DNA of 64,000 nucleotides. Origin: an uncultured Gemmatimonadota bacterium. Its GTDB lineage: Bacteria > JAAXHH01. Shown here piece by piece: positions 42,925-52,424 of this stretch (position 1 is the first letter of the stretch; each line of letters opens with the position of its first letter). The notes below the pieces were generated by a model, which was not told the DNA's origin, searched no databases, and was given only the letters and a program-made list of their open reading frames with translations. Position numbers and translations under genes: made by a program. The DNA is taken from positions 1,632,001 to 1,696,000 of the forward strand of contig OX638340.1 in the NCBI GenBank assembly GCA_951812955.1, in the 5' to 3' direction.

Positions 42925-43730
42925 GCGATCTTCATGCATCCGATACCGGATCCATGCTCTTATTCGATTTCGACGGGGTACTGCTGAACTCCGTCGTAGA
43001 GATGTCTATTACGGCTTACAACACGGTCACCGGCGGTCTCGCTACTTCTCCAGACGACCTGCCCGGCAACGCGGCGGAGCTGTTTGTGACCAACCGGTAC
43101 CACGTCCAACCGGCCGGTGACGCGATCAACCTGATGACCTGGTGTATAGACAATGCCGGCCTGCCCGGCGACCACCGGCTGGAACCGGAGGAATACCTGG
43201 CGATCCGCGAGGCGTCGGACGTCCCCCTGAAGGAACGTACGGGCAGTTTCTTCGCAGGCCGAAAGCGGTTAGTCACTCAAGATCCGGTCCAGTGGGCGTC
43301 GCTCAACACGGTGTACCAGCCGGTCTGGGATGTATTGAAAGGACAGGGCGCCGAAGGGATCGTGATCCTTACCAACAAAAACCGGGAAGCCACCGTGACC
43401 CTGTGTCACCACTTCGGCCTTGCCGTCCGGGACGGAAACGTGTACTCGGGCGATCACGGAACGACCAAGATCGAGAATCTGCTCGCGATCCGGGCGCGTT
43501 TCGAACGGGAACGCTACGGATTCATCGACGACTCCATCGGCAACCTGGAGGAGCTCGATGCCCATTTCAACAGGGATGAACCCCTTCTCGAACTGATGCT
43601 GGCTTCCTGGGGTTACATAGGACCGGACGACCACGCGGCGGCCCGCCGCGCCGGTTATGCCATCTACGAACAGGCCGACCTCATCGCGCGAGTCACCTCG
43701 ATGAAGGGCGTCGAACTGGGCAGCTCATAA
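42921..43730 (+). CDS. HAD-like hydrolase
   Basis: MLLFDFDGVLLNS motif I. Start uncertain: GTG at 42921 overlaps the upstream stop, or ATG near 42950. The listed ORF at 42537 is an out-of-context extension. Confidence 0.55.
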   Translation: MSDLHASDTGSMLLFDFDGVLLNSVVEMSITAYNTVTGGLATSPDDLPGNAAELFVTNRYHVQPAGDAINLMTWCIDNAGLPGDHRLEPEEYLAIREASDVPLKERTGSFFAGRKRLVTQDPVQWASLNTVYQPVWDVLKGQGAEGIVILTNKNREATVTLCHHFGLAVRDGNVYSGDHGTTKIENLLAIRARFERERYGFIDDSIGNLEELDAHFNRDEPLLELMLASWGYIGPDDHAAARRAGYAIYEQADLIARVTSMKGVELGSS

Positions 43731-43789
43731 ATCGGAAACCAGGCAGCTCATGAATCGGAAACCAGGCAGCTCATGAATCGGAAACCAGA
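43721..43789. repeat. 23-bp tandem direct repeat x3 (CAGCTCAT[AG]AATCGGAAACCAG[GA]) spanning the upstream stop codon and the start codon of the downstream kinase gene
   Basis: Copies at 43721-43743, 43744-43766 and 43767-43789. Copy 1 contains the HAD-gene stop (TAA). Copy 3 contains the ATG of the next gene. Copy 2 contains an out-of-frame ATG. Confidence 0.7.
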
Positions 43790-44831
43790 CAGCCACTCCG
43801 GCAGCGAGCTTGAGGTCATCGAACGTTTCCCGGAACTGCGCGCCCTCGTCGTCGGGGACATCATGCTCGACGTTTACGAGTTCTGCCGAACCGGGGACAG
43901 CAAGCCCATCGATTCGGAGAAGGCGGGAAAGCGGGCCTACAAGGCGCAGGAAACGATCAAGGTGCTCGGCGGCGCGGGCAACGTGGCGGCCAACCTGGCT
44001 TCCCTGGACGTGCAGACCACCCTCGTGGGCGTGACGGGCAACGACGAACATTACTTTAAGATCCGCGATCTCGCGGACGATCTGGAAATACGCCACGGCC
44101 TGATCCGGGACGAGCGCCGCCCCACCACGATCAAGGCCCGCCTGTACCTGGACGACGACTACCTGCTGCGGCGCGATACCGAGTGCGCCGACCGGATCGA
44201 CGGCGGCACCTCGGCCGCGCTGGCGAAGGAAGTCCTTCGCGCACTGCCGGAGACCGACGTCGTGATCCTCAGCGATTATGACAAAGGGGTCTTTACCGCG
44301 GCGAACACCGGTCAGATCATCCGCGAATGCCGCCTCAATGAAATCCCCGTCGTGGTTGATTTCAAGCCGGGCAACCGGGCGTTCTTCGCCGGCGCGGACA
44401 TCATCGCCCCGAACGCCGCCGAGGCCGCCGAGCTTATCGGCGGGTTTTCCATGGACCGGCTGGGTTCCGACTGCCGGCGGCTGCATGCTTCGCTGGGTTG
44501 CCGGAACACAGTCGTCACGCTGGGAGAGCAGGGACTCTGCGGCGTGGGGCCGGACGGCTTCTTCCATGTACGGGGCCATCGCGTCAAACCCGTGGACAAG
44601 GTCGGTTGCGGCGACACCGTGCGGGCGGGGCTGGCCATCGGCGCGGCGCTGGGGCTTCCCCTCGAGGAGTCGGGGGAACTCGCAAACGACGCGGCGACGG
44701 TCATCGTGCAGAAACCGGCTACCTCGGTCCTTTCCCGGGGAGAACTCAGGAATTTCGTATCGGGAAAACAAGAAGTCAGTCCACCACCCGCGGCGGCGCT
44801 GGTCGGACGCGGGGGAGCGTCCGACGGGTAA
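43773..44831 (+). CDS. PfkB-family sugar kinase, RfaE/HldE domain-I-like (heptose-7-phosphate kinase-like)
   Basis: LVVGDIMLDVY N-terminal motif, GGAGNVAANLASL, and the C-terminal GDT motif (VGCGDTVRAGLA). Confidence 0.65.
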   Translation: MNRKPDSHSGSELEVIERFPELRALVVGDIMLDVYEFCRTGDSKPIDSEKAGKRAYKAQETIKVLGGAGNVAANLASLDVQTTLVGVTGNDEHYFKIRDLADDLEIRHGLIRDERRPTTIKARLYLDDDYLLRRDTECADRIDGGTSAALAKEVLRALPETDVVILSDYDKGVFTAANTGQIIRECRLNEIPVVVDFKPGNRAFFAGADIIAPNAAEAAELIGGFSMDRLGSDCRRLHASLGCRNTVVTLGEQGLCGVGPDGFFHVRGHRVKPVDKVGCGDTVRAGLAIGAALGLPLEESGELANDAATVIVQKPATSVLSRGELRNFVSGKQEVSPPPAAALVGRGGASDG

Positions 44832-44914
44832 GGACGGACGGCCTGGCTCGGGAACTACCCGCAGCCTGGGACGTAAAATCGTGTACATTCACCGCAAAAC
44901 GAGTTAGTATCGAC

Positions 44915-45802
44915 ATGAAAGTCAAAGCATACGAGAGGATATCCGGCAGGGGAGGGGTTGTGGTCCGTCTCATATTGTTTTTTGCAAGCTTCGCACTGGT
45001 ATCGACGGCCTGCGAATCCGGTCCCACCGTGGACGGGACGGACGCCGAAACCTTCGACGCATCCATCGCCGCGATCAAGGCGGCGCTTCCCGAGGAAGAC
45101 CAGGAGAAAATCGACGAAGTGATAGAGGCGTTCGAGTACCTCTATAGCGACAACGTGATCAGTTCGCTGAACGCTTCCGAGGCCATCCGGAACCGGATTC
45201 AGAGCCGTCTGGACGGCATGGACGTGGGGGAAATCTTCGCGGAGTGGACCGACCGGGTGGACAAGGCGATCGAATCCCTCGAGGCGAAGAAGCAAAATAC
45301 GGACTCCGCCATGGAGAACCTGAAGGACGTACGGGTCAGAGGACCCGAATACTACGTGCAGCGCGGGCAGTCCGTCGTGAAAATCAACATCCACAACCGG
45401 ACGGATCACACCATCTCCAGGGTGTATTTCCGCGGCACCCTATGGCAACAGCAGCCGAGAAAGTGGCTTCTTGAGGACGATTTCAACTACAATATCCGGC
45501 GTACGGAGGGCAAGAACCTGGGACCTGGCGATCGGGCCGAATGGAACTTCGCCCTGCTTTCACCCGTCTGGAAGCGAGCCCCGGAGGACGTGGACAACCT
45601 CTCCCTGAGCGTGATCGTGACACGGATCGACGGGGGGCAGGAACAACCCATCTTTGACGCGTTTACGGACCGTTTCACGACCAAGGACTCGCGCAGGCTC
45701 AGGAGGCTGGTCTCTCTCAAGGAATCTATCGGGACGCTTGAGCCGGAACCCGATCCCGAGGAGACATCCCAATCGCTCGGCTGGACCTCCAACATGAATT
45801 GA
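44915..45802 (+). CDS. Hypothetical lipoprotein
   Basis: Signal plus lipobox (LVSTACES). No recognised family. The listed ORF at 44498 is an N-terminal over-extension. Confidence 0.4.
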   Translation: MKVKAYERISGRGGVVVRLILFFASFALVSTACESGPTVDGTDAETFDASIAAIKAALPEEDQEKIDEVIEAFEYLYSDNVISSLNASEAIRNRIQSRLDGMDVGEIFAEWTDRVDKAIESLEAKKQNTDSAMENLKDVRVRGPEYYVQRGQSVVKINIHNRTDHTISRVYFRGTLWQQQPRKWLLEDDFNYNIRRTEGKNLGPGDRAEWNFALLSPVWKRAPEDVDNLSLSVIVTRIDGGQEQPIFDAFTDRFTTKDSRRLRRLVSLKESIGTLEPEPDPEETSQSLGWTSNMN

Positions 45803-45878
45803 CAAGGGCAAGCCAGGCCGGTCCGTCCGTCACCGACGCGCTCCGCTGATATCTGTCTCCTTCGTCCGCTTTCCCCTG

Positions 45879-46871
45879 TTATCCCCTGTCGTCACCTTCC
45901 CTGGCTGATACAATATACCTGTCCACCGTATCGGCGAAGATCAGGAACTGCGGGTTGTTTCGGTGGGTTGCCCTCAGGGCCAGTACCGTAACGCCTTCCG
46001 ATCCCTCTGTATGTACGCCCCGGCAGTACGCCTCCATTAACGCGGGTTCAAGTGGTTCTCTCGAGTCGTGGAAGCTATCCGCGAAAAAGCCGAAAATCAT
46101 GCCCACGATACCGATGCCCACCATCATCATCAACACGCTGGCCCCCTGTCCCAGGGGGGTGACCGGGTACTTGTCGCCGTATCCCACGGTCGTGGAGGTC
46201 ACCACGGCCCACCAGATGCTGTCGCCGTATACACTGAAGACCTCAGGCTGGGCGCGGCGTTCCACCTCGTAGATCACGGTCGAGCTGATCATCAGGTACA
46301 TGATGGTGATAAGGAAAATCGGTATGATCCGTATCCGACTGTGGTACATGGACCGGGCGAACTCCGCCAGTTTTGGGCTGTATCGGAACATCTTGAGCAG
46401 CCGTAGTGTCCGGGCGCCCCGGACCAGTCCAAGCTGCTCCTGGGTCAGACCGGGGTAGAATCCGATCCAGAAGGGCAGGATGCTGATCAGGTCGATCACC
46501 CCCAGAGAACTGACCAGGTACCTGCCCTTGCGCGGCGACAGCCTGATGCGCAGCAGATATTCCAGGGTGAAGAACCCCGCGATGACCCGCTCGATCCAGA
46601 TAAACCCCGCCCAGGCGCCGGCGTCCAGACTGCTGCGCGTCTGGGTGTACTGGAGCTCGATGAAGTAGAGTATCATGTTGACGGCCAGTACGTAGGGTCC
46701 GAAACGGTGTACGGCCGCAAGCACGGAGGACAGGAATCCCGGCATGGCGTGCCTCCTTGGCGAATGTGATGGGCTTATTCCAATAGGTTTGTTTTTGATG
46801 CTACAAATACTGAGATGGTTTGGCCAATTTAGCGTAAGTGTCTCAAATAACAAAGGCCCACCGTCCGCCAA
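45879..46871 (-). CDS. Voltage-gated-type potassium channel (ion-transport family)
   Basis: K+ selectivity filter TTVGYGD, an S4-like segment with spaced Arg residues (LVRGARTLRLLKMFR), and 6 TM segments. Confidence 0.75.
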   Translation of the reverse strand: MADGGPLLFETLTLNWPNHLSICSIKNKPIGISPSHSPRRHAMPGFLSSVLAAVHRFGPYVLAVNMILYFIELQYTQTRSSLDAGAWAGFIWIERVIAGFFTLEYLLRIRLSPRKGRYLVSSLGVIDLISILPFWIGFYPGLTQEQLGLVRGARTLRLLKMFRYSPKLAEFARSMYHSRIRIIPIFLITIMYLMISSTVIYEVERRAQPEVFSVYGDSIWWAVVTSTTVGYGDKYPVTPLGQGASVLMMMVGIGIVGMIFGFFADSFHDSREPLEPALMEAYCRGVHTEGSEGVTVLALRATHRNNPQFLIFADTVDRYIVSAREGDDRG

Positions 46872-46912
46872 CGCTTCGGGTGAGCCTTATAGGTGTGGGA
46901 CCGTCGAGTGAT

Positions 46913-47683
46913 TCAGGACTTTTTCGATCGAAGGGCCGCCAGCCGGTCCCGCGTCGAGGAATCGGCCAGCGCGGGTTTCTCGGCCGCTTCTAGGGCCGCG
47001 GCAATGTTGGGATCGTCGGAGATCTCGGTCTTGCCGAAAGCGCCGATTTTGAGTTCCGCCGCACGGGACGTCGTTTCAGCCTTCTCCGTCTCCTTGTCCA
47101 TGGCGTTCAGGGCCGTGTCCAGTCCGCCCAGGGAGCTGCTCAGCCCCGCGGCCTGCCGCACGCCTTCGGCGCGTTCGACGGCCCGCTCCTTCTTCATCCT
47201 TGCCTGCTCCATGCGCCGCTGGGCCTGCTTGAGTTGGGTCTGCGCCTGCTTCAGTTTTTCCGCGGCCACGTCGTAAGCCTGGCGAAGCTCCGTCGCGAAA
47301 GCCTCCGCTTCCTGGTCCTCCTGGCGCTCCCGTTCGATCTCCGGGTTCAGACGCTCCAGTTCAGAGACCAGCTTGTCCAGGCTCTCCTCCAGCTTGGCGC
47401 GCTGCCCCTCTTCCGCCCCTTCGAGCTGGCCTTCGAGCCGTTCGGCAGCGGCCAGGTACCTGTCGTACTGCGTCAACAGCGCCTGCGTCTCTTCGTGGTC
47501 CTTCTTCACGTCCATCTCGGCCTTGCCGACCCGTTTCCCGAGCTTGTCGAGTTCCTCTTCCATGAGAGAAATCTGTGCCTCGGACGCGGTTTCCGGATCG
47601 AAGGCCACCACTGCCTGGGTAAAAGACTCCAGGGCGTTGCCGGCCTGTTTCTTGCCGACGCGGGAAAGAAATTTCCAGATCAT
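46913..47683 (-). CDS. PspA/IM30-family protein (phage-shock protein A-like coiled coil)
   Basis: 256 aa, entirely coiled-coil with heptad character, and N-terminal MIWKFLSRVGKKQAGNALE. Assigned by overall resemblance only. Confidence 0.55.
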   Translation of the reverse strand: MIWKFLSRVGKKQAGNALESFTQAVVAFDPETASEAQISLMEEELDKLGKRVGKAEMDVKKDHEETQALLTQYDRYLAAAERLEGQLEGAEEGQRAKLEESLDKLVSELERLNPEIERERQEDQEAEAFATELRQAYDVAAEKLKQAQTQLKQAQRRMEQARMKKERAVERAEGVRQAAGLSSSLGGLDTALNAMDKETEKAETTSRAAELKIGAFGKTEISDDPNIAAALEAAEKPALADSSTRDRLAALRSKKS

Positions 47684-47699
47684 GTCCTATCCTTTCTCT

Positions 47700-48401
47700 T
47701 TAAATAACCTTTACTTCCTCAAGCATCAGTTCCACGCCCAGGTACAGTTCTATAACTCCGTCGCCCGCGCTGATCAACAGGAATTCGTCCACGCGCTCGG
47801 GATCCTCCGGGTTGTAGGGGTCCCCACTCGCCACGCGGAAATAGGACATGGCCTGCTGGGTTTCCTCGTAGACCTGCTCTCCGTACGAATCCCGGATGAT
47901 CCGCTCGCTGACCTGCACCGGCACGGTCTGCCCGTCGCCATCCATCCATTCGCGGAGGTAGGACTGCTCCTCGCCGTCGCCATGGAGTACTTCCGGAGAT
48001 CCAATGATACCATCCTCATCGTTCAACCAGGTTGCCCAGATCTCCTCCGAATGGGGATACAGGTCCCGATCGAGCACGTACAGGCGGCATTCCACGGGTT
48101 CCCCGTGCTCCGCGACCACCTGGAGGAAGGCCGAGGTGCCCTGAAGGTAGCAGCGATAGGCCATGGCGCCTTCGCCCAGGTCGATCTTGCCGATGGCTTC
48201 GACGGCCAGGGGGAAGGATGGGAAGTTGAACTGGACGAGGCCGATGAAGGTGGACAGTCCGGCGCCGTCGATGTCGACCAACCGGTCGATGGCGACACCG
48301 AGGGGAAGATCCTGGTCAACCCGTGTGGGTTTCTTCCGAAAAAAACCAGCCGCCTCTTTCGCCTGTTTCTTCGCTACGGAACGAATAATGTGGAAGCTCA
48401 T
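47700..48401 (-). CDS. Hypothetical protein, second gene of the PspA-like operon (possibly DUF2491/YjfK-like)
   Basis: I chose the start at ATG 48401 (MSFHIIRSVAKK), which avoids overlap with the upstream gene ending at 48413. The family guess rests only on E. coli yjfJ-yjfK synteny recalled from memory. Confidence 0.35.
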   Translation of the reverse strand: MSFHIIRSVAKKQAKEAAGFFRKKPTRVDQDLPLGVAIDRLVDIDGAGLSTFIGLVQFNFPSFPLAVEAIGKIDLGEGAMAYRCYLQGTSAFLQVVAEHGEPVECRLYVLDRDLYPHSEEIWATWLNDEDGIIGSPEVLHGDGEEQSYLREWMDGDGQTVPVQVSERIIRDSYGEQVYEETQQAMSYFRVASGDPYNPEDPERVDEFLLISAGDGVIELYLGVELMLEEVKVI

Positions 48402-48412
48402 CGGGTCCTGCG

Positions 48413-50233
48413 CTACTCCTCGCCCACGATGGGCTTGATGTCGTCGATGGACCGCCAGAGGGCGTCTTCGAAGAGCGTCATGGGCTTGCTGCCATAGGTA
48501 TCCACCCATTGCTTCGACAGGATCAGGATGGCGTCCACCGTCAACGTCTCCACGCTGCTGTCGAGATAGCCGAAGAGCCAGCCCTCCTGAAGTTCCGGGT
48601 AGGTCTCGTGGGGGATCGACGCCACCTCGTAGATCGTGTTGCCGAACTGATCCACGGCCGTGCTGAAATAGTGCTCGTCCACGGCGACCATGCTCAGCTG
48701 TCCACCGTATTGCCGGTCCGCATCCTTCAGCAGTTCGGAGTTTAACCCGGCGACGAACAACATGACCGAGTTGGGATCCCCGGCCACCTGGCTCAGGGCC
48801 TCATCGTAGCTGGCGAACCGCGTGTTGAACTCCCCGTACCTGGGATCCTGGAGGACGAATCCTTCCCAGGCCCTGTGGGTACCAGAACCGCGGGGACCGA
48901 CGTACACGATATGGGTGTTCGGCTGGAGGTCCGAGACGCTTGCGATGCCCCCGCCCTCATTGACGATCAACTGCACGTACTCGGTGTACAGGGTGGACTG
49001 CAGCCCGACCAGTTGTTCCGCCGAAGCCGGGTTCTTCCTCAGGTAGGAGTTCAGAATGTCGCTTTGCACGAGCACCGCGTCGGCCTGGTTCTGGACCAGG
49101 TTGTTCAGGTTTTCTTCCGAACCGGCCGTCGTCTGGAGCATCACGTCGAAATCAGGCAGGTGAGACTGCAGGATCTGGCCGAATCGATGGTAGTTGCCGT
49201 TCTCCACCCCGGTGTTCACCGTGATGCGCGGCTGGTTCGGATCGGCGGTGGCCACGACTTCGGCGGCCAGGGCGATCGCCGGGGTCACCCCTGGCGGCAG
49301 GTATTCGGGATCTCTGGGCGTGCCTTCCAGCGTGGCGACCTGCTTGTCCAGTTCATCCAGCTTCGCGCGCAGTTCCGCGTTGTCCTCGGCCAGGCGTTCG
49401 GCCTCGCCGCGCCACTCCTTGTAACCCGGATCATTGGCGTGATGGTGGGCCATGGCGTAGTGACGGCGGCTGCTCATCATGTCCAGCATAGACCACATGA
49501 ACAGGGCGTCCCACATCCCAAAGCTGGGATAGGACATGAAGGCGTATCCCGGCGTGCGCCAGCCCATGCCCCCGTAGTAGCTGTCCCGGCCGGCATAGTA
49601 ATTGTCGTAGGAGGTGCGGTTCTGCGAGCCCCGTTGGTATATCCCGTTGTCCCGGTACGTGCTCGTGTTTGCGGCCGAGTTGGACGACCGGGCGAATCCG
49701 GACTGTCGCGACTGGTGGGTGTTCAGCGACCTGCGGGCCGTCTCGCTCTGTACCCGCCTGCCCATGACCGATGACCGGGCCGTGGCCCGTCCGGTCGAAG
49801 CGCCCGAGACCGCACCGCCGGCCCGGGTGGACCTGGCCGCGGTGGCCGTGGACCGCTGGGCGGACGTGCTTCGTGCCGGCGTGGCGGACTGGCCCGTTGT
49901 GCGGGCGGGTGTCTGCCGCGTGGCGGTGGTTGTACTTTTCCGTGAGAAAATGCTGCGGCGGCCGAATGAACTGCGGCGGTTCCAAAGCGACCGCGAACTG
50001 CGGAATCCACCGAAACCGCGGCGTGCGTAGGCTTCTTCAGGGCTGAACAGTCCGGTGATCTGCCGTATCGTTCGGTCCGCGTTATCCGCGCTTTCCACGG
50101 GTGGCACGGCATCGTCGATCGACCGCACACGGTCCGTCAATCCGGGACTGTTGCCACCCGGACTGATCTGCAGAAACCCGCCTGTCAGCACGAGCAAGCC
50201 GGCAATCATAAGCAGTTTTAATTTTCGAGACAT
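48413..50233 (-). CDS. Secreted/membrane-anchored protein: signal, ~150-aa Ser/Thr/Arg-rich low-complexity region, coiled coil, and a C-terminal TAXI-like (TRAP-associated) periplasmic-binding-fold domain
   Basis: N-terminal LKLLMIAGLLVLTGG. The low-complexity region reads RQTPARTTGQSATPARSTSAQRST... The C-terminal ~300 aa resemble TAXI-family solute receptors (GVENGNYHRFGQIL...). That assignment is from memory and weak. Confidence 0.4.
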   Translation of the reverse strand: MSRKLKLLMIAGLLVLTGGFLQISPGGNSPGLTDRVRSIDDAVPPVESADNADRTIRQITGLFSPEEAYARRGFGGFRSSRSLWNRRSSFGRRSIFSRKSTTTATRQTPARTTGQSATPARSTSAQRSTATAARSTRAGGAVSGASTGRATARSSVMGRRVQSETARRSLNTHQSRQSGFARSSNSAANTSTYRDNGIYQRGSQNRTSYDNYYAGRDSYYGGMGWRTPGYAFMSYPSFGMWDALFMWSMLDMMSSRRHYAMAHHHANDPGYKEWRGEAERLAEDNAELRAKLDELDKQVATLEGTPRDPEYLPPGVTPAIALAAEVVATADPNQPRITVNTGVENGNYHRFGQILQSHLPDFDVMLQTTAGSEENLNNLVQNQADAVLVQSDILNSYLRKNPASAEQLVGLQSTLYTEYVQLIVNEGGGIASVSDLQPNTHIVYVGPRGSGTHRAWEGFVLQDPRYGEFNTRFASYDEALSQVAGDPNSVMLFVAGLNSELLKDADRQYGGQLSMVAVDEHYFSTAVDQFGNTIYEVASIPHETYPELQEGWLFGYLDSSVETLTVDAILILSKQWVDTYGSKPMTLFEDALWRSIDDIKPIVGEE

Positions 50234-50544
50234 GAGGTACTTCCCCTTTGTAGTCGATAGGATGGTTCGGATTCTGGCTTCCTAAAGATAAGGACTTCGC
50301 ATCCTGCAGGCAAGTTGCAAACCTTTATGGAACCGGTGATCCGGTCGAATGTGTAGCCGTTTTGCCAGTCTGCGGTCCGCCGCGTACGATTTTCGGCGTG
50401 GCTCGGGCATGAAGATACCGAAGATACCATTGACCGGGTAGTCCGCCGGCCATACCATATCGGATCGCGTTTCAGACCAAGGCTAAATACCAAAGACGCC
50501 ACATAGCAGACCGGTTCACCGATCCTGTAAAGGAAAGAACACGC

Positions 50545-51747
50545 ATGCCCATCACGGAGGTCCGCGTTCGGCAGGTTGCCGTCCCGAGGATCTATGACAC
50601 TTATTGCGCGGACCCCAAGCACTTGAAGGCTACCATCGACCACGGCCGGTCTACCTACCAGATCATCGAACTGAAGACCCATGATGGCCTGACCGGAATC
50701 GGCGAGGTCTCCGATATCGCGCCGCGGATGGACGCGCCTTCACCCGGATCATTGCAGGACATAGTGTCCAGCGTGCTGGAAGGCGGTGACCCTGCCGCGT
50801 GGCGCAACCTGCATGACCGGGCCGGGGAAGCGCTTCCCGGAGACCTGTACCCGGAACTCAGGCAGTTGATTCTCTTCGGTTTGGAAAGTTCATTGCTCGA
50901 CCTGGTCGGCAAGGCGTACGGCATTCCTCTTTACGAGCTCCTGGGCGGACGATGCCGGCACGCCGCCGCTGTCTCGTGGGTAGCCTACCTGCGCGGCGAC
51001 GCCGCCCTCGAAGATGAGCTGCAGGCGCTCGAGCTGGAGATGGCAGACCAGGTGGGATCGGGCATGAAGGCCTTCAAGCTCAAGGTGGGCGAGGACCACG
51101 AACGCGACCTGGAGAGGGTCCGGCTGGCACGGAGGATCGCGGGAGCCGGAGCGTACATCAAGGTGGATGCCAGCGGTTTCTGGGAAGAAGACGAGGCCCT
51201 GTCCAGGCTGCACGACATGGCGGAGGCCGGCGCCGACGCGTGCGAGACGCCGATTCGCGCGCTCTCGAGACCCATGTCGCGGGAGGATCCCGCCCGAATC
51301 GAATCAGAAGCGGACGGGATTGCCGAAGCGCTGGCAGGTGTCCGCGGCAGTTCCCCCATACCGATCATCGAGCATGTCGCCGATCTCGGAGATGTATTCC
51401 TGACGGCCCTGATCCGGCGTCGCGCCGTGGACATCGTCAACGTCGTTCCCTGCCAGGCCGGCGGGCTGCGCCGCGCCAAGCGACTGCTCCACGCCGCAGA
51501 GACCGCGGGCATGCCCGCATTGCTGGGCAGCACGATCGAATTGGGACCCGGAACGGCGGCGGCGGTACATCTCGCCGTTTCGTCGGCAAGCGTCAACGTG
51601 CCCTCGGACCTGGTGGGTCCCGGACTGCTCCAGGACGACGTGTGCACCACCCCATTCACCCTCGAAGGAGGTGAGCTTTCGCCTTTCAAGGGGCCGGGAC
51701 TCGGCATCGAGCTGGATGAAGAGAAACTGGCGCGGTGGACGGGTTAA
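50545..51747 (+). CDS. Enolase-superfamily protein (mandelate racemase/muconate-lactonizing enzyme family)
   Basis: Capping domain plus a TIM barrel with KxK (FKLKVG) and metal-binding Asp/Glu at the expected spacing. 400 aa. Confidence 0.75.
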   Translation: MPITEVRVRQVAVPRIYDTYCADPKHLKATIDHGRSTYQIIELKTHDGLTGIGEVSDIAPRMDAPSPGSLQDIVSSVLEGGDPAAWRNLHDRAGEALPGDLYPELRQLILFGLESSLLDLVGKAYGIPLYELLGGRCRHAAAVSWVAYLRGDAALEDELQALELEMADQVGSGMKAFKLKVGEDHERDLERVRLARRIAGAGAYIKVDASGFWEEDEALSRLHDMAEAGADACETPIRALSRPMSREDPARIESEADGIAEALAGVRGSSPIPIIEHVADLGDVFLTALIRRRAVDIVNVVPCQAGGLRRAKRLLHAAETAGMPALLGSTIELGPGTAAAVHLAVSSASVNVPSDLVGPGLLQDDVCTTPFTLEGGELSPFKGPGLGIELDEEKLARWTG

Positions 51748-51829
51748 GATAATCCGGTGGGATTCACCAGGAACGTAGGCATCCTGCCACGTCCCGAAGA
51801 ACGCTTAATGTCACCGGAAGTCCAAAGCC

Positions 51830-52276
51830 TCACCGCCTGAATCTGCCAGAACCGCCTCGCCCCATTTGCGATGCTTCCTCCACCAGTTTATCGAACGTCT
51901 TCATCGCGTCCGGCGAAAGCACACCCTTCAGGTTCGTCTTGAACTGCTTTTCGTTTTCCTCCAGTTGTTCACGCAGCCATTTCCAGTCTTCGGTCTTCCT
52001 GGCCTGTTCCAGCAGCGCGTCCTTCTGCGTTGATGCTTCCTTGACCATGGCGCGCAGTTGCAGCACCTGATCGTCGGTCGTATCCATGCGTATACTAAGC
52101 ACGTGCCAGATCTGATCGACACGGAAGGTGTTCATCGCTTGCATTTGTTCCAACATGGCACTGTTCTGTCCCCGGCCGCCCATTCGGCCGAATCCGCCTC
52201 GCTGCGCGGCCGCGTCGTTGGCGATATAGGCAATCATCATCAGGCCGATTACGGCAAGGTGAAGACGGTATTTCAT
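51830..52276 (-). CDS. Periplasmic LTXXQ-motif protein (Spy/CpxP-family-like), copy 3
   Basis: Signal peptide from MKYRLHLAVIGLMMIAYIANDAAAQ. Helical, with a TTDDQVLQL motif. The listed ORF begins at 52366. Confidence 0.5.
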   Translation of the reverse strand: MKYRLHLAVIGLMMIAYIANDAAAQRGGFGRMGGRGQNSAMLEQMQAMNTFRVDQIWHVLSIRMDTTDDQVLQLRAMVKEASTQKDALLEQARKTEDWKWLREQLEENEKQFKTNLKGVLSPDAMKTFDKLVEEASQMGRGGSGRFRR

Positions 52277-52369
52277 GCTATGACTCCCTTCAATTAGATG
52301 CCGCGGTCGGACTGGGGATCCTTCCGCGGCGGGTTCTCGCTCCAATAACCAGCGGTCAGCTAACAATTG

Positions 52370-52424
52370 AACGGTGAACTTTCATTCTAACGGTGGACTT
52401 TCATTCTAACGGTGGACTTCACTT
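52370..52424. repeat. 19-bp tandem direct repeat (AACGGTG[AG]ACTTTCATTCT) x2.8 between LTXXQ genes 2 and 3
   Basis: Seen directly at 52370-52388, 52389-52407 and 52408-52424 (degenerate). Confidence 0.55.
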
